A stretch of DNA of 64,000 nucleotides from positions 15,314,001-15,378,000 of the forward strand of contig NC_043006.1 of NCBI RefSeq assembly GCF_006345805.1. The letters run 5' to 3'. This stretch comes from Octopus sinensis. Its lineage: Eukaryota. Position numbers and translations under genes: made by a program. Below are positions 52,791 to 64,000 of the stretch, one piece after another. The first letter of the stretch is position 1. The number at the start of each line of letters is the position of its first letter. Below the pieces are notes generated by a model, which saw nothing but the letters and a program-made list of their open reading frames with translations, did no database searches and was not told where the DNA came from.

Positions 52791-53326
52791 TACACAGAGT
52801 AGAAAGCATTATATCATACTAGGGAGAGTACGTCTAAGAACATTTCATTTGCAACTCGAATATTAAAGATTCCAATGATTGAAGTGGACGAGCTGAACGA
52901 GTTCTATGTTTTTGTCAATAATAGTCAATACTTGACATGTCTGAAAGGAAATATAAACGTAAAAGCTATCCTGATTTGGCTCATGTAGTTAATAAAACTT
53001 TCGTTCACCGACAGCGCCAAGATGTTCAGGTCCTACTAGGTTATAAGAACTCTATAGCCGGATCTATACACTTCTCAAGAGAGAAGAGAAATAATAATCA
53101 ACCGACCTACGTCGATTTATTTAAACATATAATCTTTATTATATTAAGCGTGGCATTCTATTCATCCCTCCTTCTGAGACGGTAGATATCGATAATTATT
53201 GACCTTAATTATAATTAACATCACATCAGAATTAATAGAGACATTGACATTCAATTTTCTCTTTCTCTCTATCAATGATGTTATGTATTGCAAATATCTT
53301 CGCTATATCTATTGCTATAGAGAGGA

Positions 53327-53388
<62 letters not shown>

Positions 53389-54364
53389 AAGTGCTGCCTG
53401 CTTTGCTGTTATTTAATGTAATTTAAACATGCATTGATTTAAATATAAAGAATTCTATTCGCAATAAATGTCAAATTTTGAAAGATATTTCAAAAATGTT
53501 CTGTCGTGTCTGGGGAGAGTAATTTTCTTCTTGTGTCTTATAATGTAACACATTCACCGGTAGAATTTCCACTTTCTTCTTATTTTTATTTTCCTAAAAT
53601 TTTCGTTGCGTCTTGCAACCTTTTCAATAGTCTTGTTTCAACACACGAACTCATATAAAGAATCTTGCAGACCAAATCCCAAAACGAAATATTTCAAAAA
53701 TGTCTTTATCATTTTGCTTGAAAATAAATTTACTTGTATTCTTTCAATTAAAAATTTAAAAATAAATTCAATGTATGATCTCTCAAACTAGATTCAAAAT
53801 ATTTCGGCTGCTTCACAAATCAAATTTAGAGCACGATTTCAAATATAGTCTGCTTCTATTATTCTTTGCTTCATAGTGTAAATCACGTTTGTAGATATAA
53901 TACTAACATCAGGCTGTGATATGACATCAACCCAACTTTGTGTGATTACGATAGCATATCCAAAATTCTAATTTCAACATTACTGTCTAGACAAATTAGC
54001 AGGTGCAACAGTATATTTCATAACACATTAAATTCAACTGTATCAATTCCAACTTATTGTCTGTACGACATTGGCAGAATTTTATTCTTAACTCATCATA
54101 TATGTATGAAATATTAATTTGAAAGGAATCTTTCACTTACCAATTGTTAGACTTAAGGGAACTAACTAAATGTACAACAATCGTGCTCATACACACCCGA
54201 CTCATCAGCTTTGTAATGATTGTAGAATTCGAGCAGAAATAAGGATATCGTTTTAAAAAATACCTGTATAAACTTTTCGAAGATTAATCATTGGCGCAAG
54301 TCCTCCGATGCTCTAACGATTCTACCAGTTACCCATTTTTACCCATTTTTAATAATCCTTTCCA

Positions 54365-54570
54365 GTTTTGGTACAAGGTCAGCAATTTTGAGGGAAGGGG
54401 CAAGTCGATTACATCGACATCAGTTATTAACTGGTACTTAATTCATCGAATCAGTAAGGATGAAAGGCAAAGTCGAGCTCGGTAGAATTTGGTTTCAAAA
54501 TGTAAATAGTCGGAAGAAATTGCATAAATTATTTTGTCCGACACGCTAGCGATTCTGACAGCTCGTTTGT
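54365..54570 (-). mobile_element. Degenerate family D SINE
   Basis: GGTACAAGGTCAGCAATTTTGAGGGAAGGGG..AGTCGATTACATCGAC..GGATGAAAGGCAAAGTCGA. Confidence 0.7.
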
Positions 54571-56555
54571 CGTAAATCATTAAAATAATGACTGAATTTA
54601 GTAACAGCTACAATATTGCACTGCGAGGTATATTAGACAGCGAATGACAAGAGGCCCTTACGCATTTTATCTTTTGTCTGTTATTCCAACAAGAGAAATT
54701 ATAAAATATTAACATCTTGAAGAAACTGAAAAAAAAAAAAAAAAAAAATTTTCCCGACAGCATGAATGAAAACCGAGAAATATAGTTTAAGTGCAAATTT
54801 ATTTCCAGATGAAAATGAACGAACTGAGGAACTTAAAATATAATCAGTTCTAGTGGGTTCTAAATTATTTTGAAAACGAGGCCGATATAAATATTTTGAT
54901 TTAAAAAAATATCAGTATAAATATATCAGTATAAATATCCCGTTCACTATTGAGAAAAAAGTCACAAAATCAAAAGAAATTTAGTAATGTGAGTGTTATA
55001 AAGAGAAATGTAGTCAATATAATGATATTTGGTTTTGAGTGTTGGAGATCGAAAGATAAACTCTCAGCGGTATGAATCAATGAAATAGTTTGCATTCTTG
55101 ACTGAAGCCCCATTTGTTTAGAAAATTGAGGATAGTAGGAGCTGTAGGGCGCCGAACAAAACCGTTTGCAGTATGTTGACGTTCTGGGTAAATAATCCTC
55201 GAAGTCCCCATTGCTTTTCATCCTTCCATCATCAATGAACCAAGGCAAGCATCAGGTTTGATATAATCACCCACACACTCCCACGAGCTGTGTGACCTGG
55301 TACACAGGTTTGAAATCCTTAATGGTTCTCGCAGCTCTGGAACACAAATAGTATTATCAGAATCAACTCTCCCAAACCAACACATAGTATAACAAACTTT
55401 ATCTGAATTCTTTAGCATTAGTAATTCGACTAATCCATTTAAATTTGTATATCATCTCATTTCAGGAGCTATAGTGTCCATGTTTCCTATAGATATGGTT
55501 GCAAACGTATTTAATGAAAAGCTCTAAGCGCTTTGCATAATAAAATCAAAGGGCAATATATTTCCAGTAAATCTGGAGGTTTTATAGTCATGATTAGGTA
55601 GCAAATGTTATATGTCCCTCTGCTTATTGCCTTATGTTTGCTAAGCCAACGAGATAAGAGTAATTCCTCTAAAATATGAATATCTTGAAGAAACTAATAA
55701 ATATGAGGAAAAGAACTTTGTCGACCACATGAGTGAAAGATTAACAGGAAGCTGAAAATAGGAAATTCCGGGTTGCATTAAAGATTATCGACGGCATTTT
55801 GTGAATGAGACCCATGTCGAAGAACACTGCGGAATAAAGGGAAAGATGTAAAAGCGAAAACGGACCATAGGAGCAGGGAGATGGGGGCCATAGAACTGAT
55901 GGGGTCAACTGTAGTTCTTTGAGTGATTCTCAAATCATGGAACCTAAAGGATAGGTTGGCCAGAAACGGTGGGAGCGTCGGACAAAATGCACACACACAC
56001 ACACACATAGATACATACACACACACACATAGACAGACATACATACACACACACATATACATTCAGACATACACACACATTCGTACACATACATACATAT
56101 TCACACACATAATACATTCATACATACACACATACATACACACACATACACATACATACACACATACATACATACACACACATACATACATACACACACA
56201 TACATGTATTGTTGCAAGTATAACGAGCGTGTTAGTTCAAAGTAAGTGTCGTCAACACTATAAACTATAATCGCAAGAATGAAAAAAGAAAATAATGAAA
56301 TTGTTTTACAAGAGTCTTGATGTGGAAGTTTGTATTGAAACAGATATTAATGCATTTTGGGAGGGTCATACTGTAATTAAAATCACATTCACTGATTATG
56401 ATTCACTTAAATTTTATTACCAATCGACTGGTTACTCTATTAGGGTGTTAAAGTTCATAGTCTCTGACATTATCAATGAATATCAGCGCTTTTTATATAT
56501 TTTCTATTTGTTTCGCAGGTCTTGTGGAGTGTTTCCATATGTTTTATATATATAC

Positions 56556-56587
<32 letters not shown>

Positions 56588-56596
56588 ATGTATATC

Positions 56597-56958
56597 GGGG
56601 CACTTCGTCGGGTACAACGACAAAGGTTCCAGTTGATCCAATCAACGGAACAGCCTGCTCAGGAAATTAACGTGCAAATGGTTGAGCACTCTACATACAC
56701 GTGTGAGCCTTAACGTAGTTCTAGGGGAGACTCAGCGTGACACAGAGTGTGACAAGGCTGGCCCTTTGAAATACAAGTACAACAGAAACAAGAAGAAAGA
56801 GTGAGAGAAAGTTGTGGTGAAAGAGTACAGCAGGGTTCGCCACTATTCCTTGCCGTGCTTTCGCTCAATAAAACTCACAACGTCCGGTCTGGGAATCGAA
56901 ACCGCGATTTTATGACCGCGAGTCCCCTGCCCTAACCACTGGGCCATTGAGCCTCCAC
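56597..56958 (-). mobile_element. Family B1 SINE
   Basis: Collinear with 59499-59885 apart from a small internal deletion. Confidence 0.9.
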
Positions 56959-56959
56959 T

Positions 56960-57183
<224 letters not shown>

Positions 57184-57654
57184 TAAGTGTGTGTGTGTTA
57201 AATAGAATGAGACAATACAGCCAAGGCAGTGTGAAATGTCTAGGACATTTATAAAGAGAAAAATCTTAAAGCTGTTTCATCCATATAAAAGATATCCCAT
57301 AATCTGAGACGATATGGGAGAATTAACTAGAAGGAAATATTATAGTTCAATATGTTCAGTATAAGAAAAAGAGATATCGGAAGTATAAAGGGAAATATGA
57401 GAATGAAAACAAAAATAAAGTTATATGTTTGCTGTTCCGTTATACAAGGAATGTACTGTGTAGAATGAGTAAGTCTGAAAGGAATTTGCGCGAAGGTAAA
57501 TGGAGAAATTTCTTTTCAAAGTTGGACCTATCTGAAACATATTTTCTGTTAAAGTCGATGAGGAATGTTCAAAATTATTGACAGTAAATGCCCATAAAGG
57601 GCTGTATAAATTTAATTGACTCCCTTTTAGTATAAAAGTAGCACTTGGCATCAA

Positions 57655-58350
57655 GTTGTGGACATTATACCCGCAGGTTCAGATTTCGCTGTAGTTTACT
57701 TTGACCACATACTCATAAAAAGGGAATCTCGGGGTCAGCATGCCGAACATGTTAGAAAGGTCCTCGAAAGAATAAAAGATTATGGATTTAAGCTCAGCGA
57801 TGAAAAGTGTGAATTTTTATGCTAAGAATAAAATATCTAGGGCAGAGTAGTAATGAAAATGGACTCAGACCAGACCCGTCTACGGTGAGTGCAATAAAAA
57901 ATATGCCTCCCTCAACAATTACAACGCAAATTACTATCAGGTATACATACCGAATATGCACGATTTAAGAGTATCCCTGAATAACTTGTTAAAAAAAGAT
58001 GTTAAGTGGGACTGGTCGAACAAATGCCAAAATGCTTTTGAAGAAATTAAAAACGTCTTGACGTCGGAATTGTCGTTATCACATGTTATGATCCAAAGTT
58101 GGAAATAATAGTGGCAGCTGATGCTAGTGAAATTAGTATTGGAGCTGTGATTTTACACAAATGTGTAGATGGTAGCCCGAAAGCAGTAGCTCATGCTTCG
58201 CGTTCATTATTGCCGGCTGAGAAAAGCTACAGTCAAATAGAAAAAATGGCGTTAGCCATCATATTTGCGGTAAAAATTTCCATAAATTTATACATGGAAT
58301 GTGGGTTCCGTCTGCAGACAAACCACCGCCCATTATTGTCGATCGATGGG
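57655..58350 (+). mobile_element. Gypsy/Ty3 pol relic (RT C-terminus and RNase H)
   Basis: FAVVYFDHILIK..QHAEHVRKVLERIKDYGFKLSDEKCEF (decayed YLDD), PLNNLLKKDVKWDW..CQNAFEEIK, EIIVAADASEISIGAVILH..AHASRSL..AEKSYSQIEK.ALAIIFAVK..LQTNHRPLLSI. Confidence 0.9.
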
Positions 58351-58369
58351 ATCATTGACATACCTAGGG

Positions 58370-58500
58370 GATTGGAAGATTGGACTAGCCGAACTCTTAT
58401 AAAGAGTAACGTATTAGTTGAAACAAAAGGTCGTTAGGAGTGGTTGAGGGGGCGTTTTGGAGTCTCGCGAAGTACGTTGTGGGAACACATTGATTTTACT
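58370..58500 (+). mobile_element. Possible mariner second-HTH relic
   Basis: VLVETKGR*EWLRGRFGVSRSTLWEH resembles LVE..P..T.REL...FGVS.STI.EH. Confidence 0.35.
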
Positions 58501-59498
58501 CCCGTATCGTTAGATTATATATCGAACGTTTGTCTAGGATATATATATATATATATATTTATGTATTATAAGTATGTATGTGTTTGCATATATGTATATA
58601 TGTTTACCTGTATATACACATCAGCACACATCAATAATAAATATGCGTAACACATAATACACACATATGGTAACACAATATTACTTTTATGCATATATAC
58701 TTATTTAATAACAAATATAGTTCCCCCATAATAGCTATTTACATGACTGTACCAACAGAAAGTCAAATAGGTAATATTTGGTTTGAATAAACACATTGCC
58801 AATATCGTGATTTTTCATTGTATCAATATATTTACATAAAAGCAATTGTAAGCTAGAAAACGTATAACAAACGGTTGAATTGCATGTCGTTTGTTGAAAC
58901 AGTATATTTTATCATGTACATAATATTAAACTTTATGGGCCCTTCTCTTATAATCTAATACGATCCTAAACAAACTAAAAGATTAAAGAAAGTTATTTTA
59001 GATGTTTGGAAGAGAATAGTAAAATATAATATCTGCCATGTATTCTAGTTTCTGAGGCAGTTCGAAGGGGCATGTCTCAGTAATGCTAAGGAAAAAAGAC
59101 AAAAAAAAAAGGGGAAAAATCCATGGAATTCAAGCATTCATATTTTATGTGTCATGGGAATTGGAGACATGTAATGTCGGCATACAACTTGTTTCATGGG
59201 ACGATAACTTATTCTAGTTTTCTGGATATTTTGGAATACAATCTGGTTTATAAATGGAAGATACTGTTTCAACTTAGCATCTTAATCCGATTTTAGAATG
59301 TATTATTTCAAAATTTGAGCAAAGACCAAGTTTCAATAAAAAATCGAGTAATTAATCCCATGTAGCGAAGTGTTTCAATTGTTAATATCTATATAGAATA
59401 TATTTTCCAAAAGATATGTTTTCATGTATATGTGTGTATATACATACATACATATACACACATACGCAGTTATATAAGTGTGTGTATATGCATATGGA

Positions 59499-59885
59499 AT
59501 GGAAGCACTCCGTCGGTTACGACGACGAGGGTTCCGGTTGATCCGAATCAACGGAACAGCCTGCTCATGAAATTAAACGTGTAAGTGGCTGAGCACTCCA
59601 CAGACACGTGTACCCTTAACGTAGTTCTCGGGGATATTCAGCGTGACACAGAGAGTGACAAGGCCGGCCCTTTGAAATACAGGTACAACAGAAACAGGAA
59701 GTAAGAGTGAGAGAAAGTTGTGGTGAAAGAGTACAGCAGGGATCACCACCATCCCTGCCGGAGCCTCGTGGAGCTTTTAGGTGTTTTCGTTCAATAAACA
59801 CTCACAACGCCCGGTCTGGGAATCGAAACCGCGATCCTACGACCGCGAGTCCGCTGCCCTAACCACTGGGCCATTGCGCCTCCAC
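59499..59885 (-). mobile_element. Family B1 SINE, intact
   Basis: Near-identical to 32352-32735. Confidence 0.93.
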
Positions 59886-60242
59886 ATATGCACATACACA
59901 CACGCATACACACATACACACACACACACAATACATATCATTTCGCTAAACTTATTGATTATCTTCGTTCTTCTACTAGAAGGGGACATCTTTCCGAAAA
60001 TACTATCCAGAAGTTCATCAAACAAAAATTCGAGGTAATGCAATATCTTTTCCCTCTTTTTGTTTATTGTCATCAACTTATACATTTTCCTTAAATTCTC
60101 ACTGAAGACTGTATAAATATATTATCATATTTATACACTACTCACAAACAGAGATATACATTACATTAGGGAACATACATATGTCTATATATGTTCTGTA
60201 TATATGTATGTATACATACATACATACATACATACATACATA

Positions 60243-60316
<74 letters not shown>

Positions 60317-60467
60317 CATATAAATATTTACATACATGCATACATATATATGTATATATATATACATACATATTTGCATATATATAATATATATATCTAT
60401 ATATATCTCTCTCTCTATATATATATACAAATATACATATATATATATATATATGTACAAATATACA

Positions 60468-60531
<64 letters not shown>

Positions 60532-62711
60532 AACCTAACTAGACTTCTTATATTTGATTTCCGTTATTCTGAAAGATTCAGTCGTTACATATATCAAAAT
60601 ATCCATCTTAAATATATTGTTAATCGCTAAGAAAAGAGAATTAAGTTTCATTGTCGTCTCTACGATTGTTTTCTGAAGTATATTCTGTATATAAGTGTAT
60701 TTTAAGGACGTGTTTACAGCTGAAACCAAATTTTGCTCTATCCTTATTCTATCACTCAAGTAAGCTTTCATCAGTTTGGATTTCACCATATTAATAGGAA
60801 AGAGCCTGTTATAATGAAAGGAACAGAAAATGTTGAACGATACTATCAGCTATCTGATCGATATTTCTATGTTCTTTTGTAAAGAGAATTTTTTTCATAA
60901 TGCTTCTGCTTTTTATTGTTAAAGATACTTTATTATATTTTTTCTTTAACTCTTTTAATACAGATATATTGAAAACTTGTTTGGAAGTTTCAACATGGCA
61001 GCACAGGAAGCAACTTATCTCAGTCCAACTAGTGTTTACGTGAGAACCAAATAAAATAGCAAACATAAGGAAAGCGGAGATGTCCGATGTTATCCGAGCT
61101 AATTTTAAAATTTCATGATACTTGACATGTACACCACCCCTACCCAAACAACCTATCAAATATGATCGATTCAATCAATAAACAATTTTAGTGTGATACT
61201 CTTACTGCTTTCATAGCCATTTCTCCAGCTTCCCTTTATCTTGTTATTCAAAATCACTTTCAGAATTGCTTCAACATCACTGAATATCTACTGGACTGCA
61301 TCGATTTGAAGAGGTATCTGTCTTTATTCCAACAGTTTGATAAACAGTCTGACGCTGCCAGGCGTGTTGTTTTAAATTCTGATTGCCTAATCTTGCAGAT
61401 TTACGATCCATAAATCGAAGGGGTCGGAGCAATGCATATGTGCTCTATGAACTGGAGTAACGATGGCTTTAGGGAAAGGGGACATTTTACATTAACATTA
61501 ACTACGTATCGATCTATTAATAATAATTGTATGTCATGCATTTCATTTTAAATTTCCCAAAACAAGTTCTAACTTTAAATTTGGAGGCGCAATTCTACAG
61601 TATTTTATAACTATATTACACCGATAATAATAACAATAAATCGGCCAAACTCACATCAGGCTTGACATGTCCGGATTAAATGACCTTTCATTGTTCATTA
61701 TCATTGCATTTATCAATAATAAAAGGAATTCCGTTTATGATTATATCATTCAAGCGAATAATTACGATTAAATGAGGATCAATAGATTATTGAATAAATA
61801 ACATAGTTTGTTCAAGAGTTCCGAATTAAAATCGTACCATAATAATCCATTCTCTTTTAGTTACGAAGAAAAATAGTCTGGTGATATGTGCTTGGGTTGC
61901 ACCATGAAAAAGCAACTCAACTCGACTCGACAATACTATAACTATAAAACATTGCTTGAGATTGTGTAATAATGCAACTGTCAAATACATAAAGAGAAGA
62001 GTTACTAGAATGAACAGTAATGTAAAAATTGTAATAAGATAGATTGGTTCAATAATTTAGCCATTAAATTATATTAAATACTGACCAATTAGTAGCAACA
62101 AATAGTATCAGTAATATAAATAGCAATCGTAGTTTTTGATGGAGCATTTTGTCATTTATGAGAAAAATATGGCTCCCGCTATGACTAATACATTTTTATT
62201 GATAATTTTCATTTTTTGATATCACAATTGGTGAAGAATACCAACATGGATACAGTCTTCCACATACCAATCGATAGTTCTCGACTCTTCTGACAAAGGG
62301 AGAATCAGTCCAAAATTGTGCAATTAAATTCATCTGAAAGACACCGGTTTTCTGCTTTCCGGTGTCATCACTAACTTATGTTTGTCCTCAAAGGATATAC
62401 ATAGAAGCACACACACAGAGGCACATACACATATATATATATATACTAACACACATTTGCACACATACATGAAGGTTGTACCGAAAGCAATGAAAATATG
62501 GACATAGCTGTTATGAACTGACGTAGGACGATCCAACTCTCCCTTCATAATAACTCTTTCTGCTCTTCTTTATTGCAGACAAATAATGAATTCCAAGCAG
62601 AGGCAACGTATCGTCATTGAATTTATGACGTCACACGGGTGCAGGGTATTTGATATCAACAGAAGGTTTCAGATTGTCTAGAGAGAAGGCACCATTGAAA
62701 CAGCAACGGGC

Positions 62712-62857
62712 TGTGGAGGCGCAATGGCCCAGTGGTTAGGACAGCGGAGTCGCTGTCGGAGGATCGTGGTTTCGATTCCCAGATCGTGCGTTGTGTGTGT
62801 TTATTGAGCGAAAACACCTAAAGCTCCACGAGGTTCCGGCAGGGGGTCCGTTCGCTC
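62712..62857 (+). mobile_element. Short family B SINE (head plus ~11-nt tail) with 13-bp TSD
   Basis: AACAGCAACGGGC at 62699-62711 and 62858-62870. Confidence 0.85.
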
Positions 62858-62886
62858 AACAGCAACGGGCACGAGCATATGAAGAT

Positions 62887-63030
62887 GAAAAAAAGCGAAA
62901 ACCAGTATTGAAAGCAAACCGCAAACTGGACGACTATTACCTGCGATCACTGACATGAATCGCCAGCAAATGGACAAACTGATTCGCACGGACAGATGAA
63001 TCACAATCTGTGAGGTTGCTGCACAACTAG
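62887..63030 (+). mobile_element. Mariner transposase HTH relic
   Basis: KKAKTSIESKPQTGRLLPAITDMNRQQMDKLIRTDR*ITICEVAAQL resembles FK.G.TS..D..RSGRP....N...V..LI..DRRIT..EIA..L. Confidence 0.65.
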
Positions 63031-64000
63031 ACCGTGAGCACGTTAACGCTGGCGTCTCTCAATCAAGAACCATTCTTCGTGCGCGTGCGCTAGCAGTATC
63101 GACGAAACTCAATGCTGTCATCTCCCATCTTTTCTAGAAACACTTCTATCAACTCTCTTTCTATAGACACGAAGTACATCTAATGTTCTCACGCATTCAT
63201 TCATTCATTCAACGCTACCACACTACAGACATCTCTATAAAACACAATTTTCAGTAATATTATACAAGACATTATTAACATTGTACATAACCCACTGCTA
63301 CAATAAACTTTACTATTGAACAATTTGAGCTTTGTCGTCTTTCTATGTATACCAACCACAAGTTGAATTTTGTCTGTCTGTCTCTGTATACCAATTACTG
63401 TTGAACGAACACACAGACACAGTATCCACAATTATCGTCGCCGACATCGTCTCTTCAACCAACAACTACGGAGCCAAACTGACGTGAGAACAACTTTTGT
63501 GAAACTAATAACCAACGGACAAGATAAGGTGGTGGTATTCTCATACCCACTACACTAGTCAACCTGGCTGTGAACACTCCATTGGGCCATAGCTACACGT
63601 TAGCTATGAAGATAGTGAACTCATCATACTAGTGACCAATTCACTAGACTGGTGATGCCATCGCTAAAGGTATTTCTGTTTGTTGCTGTTTAACTCTTTG
63701 GAAAAGTTGGCTTCCAAAACTTAATACAAATTTGTCAAAGGAGTAACATCTACCAAAAAAGTTTTCTTTTATTTGGTAATTATCATTTATTTTCTCTTTT
63801 AAATAGGAGTTCCGATGAATCACTTCTAGTATCGTCAGAAAGCAACTTTGATATAATATTTCGTATATCACTATTAAAAGTGTTAAAGTATCGAATGAAT
63901 TGGTTTTTGAATAAAAGGCCACGATATTGCAAGAAAAATCTCTTTAGAATGGCACATAGAAATATCGACTGCATATTGATAAGTTCTTTCAACTCTCTCC

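Noticed and set aside
52937-53185. 82-aa ORF with a hydrophobic C-terminus
   Set aside because: Length is within chance expectation; no recognised domain.
63644-63922. FFGRCYSF resembling a DEG/ENaC GxCYTFN motif
   Set aside because: Single short motif without the surrounding Cys pattern or good splice sites.

Overview
AT-rich, microsatellite-saturated eukaryotic DNA. The repeat landscape (four tRNA-derived SINE families, RTE/CR1/Tx1 LINEs, Penelope-like relics, mariners) suggests an octopus genome; this is inferred from remembered repeat families, not from a search. I found no intact host protein-coding gene. Most long ORFs in the track (VCVC.., YIYI.., MYVC..) are translations of (TG)n/(TA)n/(TACA)n repeats. 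Recognisable content: about 30 SINE copies or fragments; a near-intact 5'-truncated RTE LINE with an inverted 5' tip (29362-31499); two copies of one CR1-like LINE; a full-length frameshifted mariner nested in a SINE (19338-20623); a GG-ended MITE with 8-bp TSD; a Helitron-like 5' fragment; relics of CRE, Tx1, Penelope-like, Gypsy and probable Merlin elements; and a decayed casein kinase 1 alpha fragment (44755-44963). The most striking structure is an 82-bp-arm palindrome (17936-18100) carrying a minimal hammerhead ribozyme motif on each strand. Related hammerhead-like folds occur at 27164-27209 and, with a non-canonical core, at the 3' end of both CR1-like copies. Some stretches look like noisy long-read consensus, so fine indel detail needs read-level checking.
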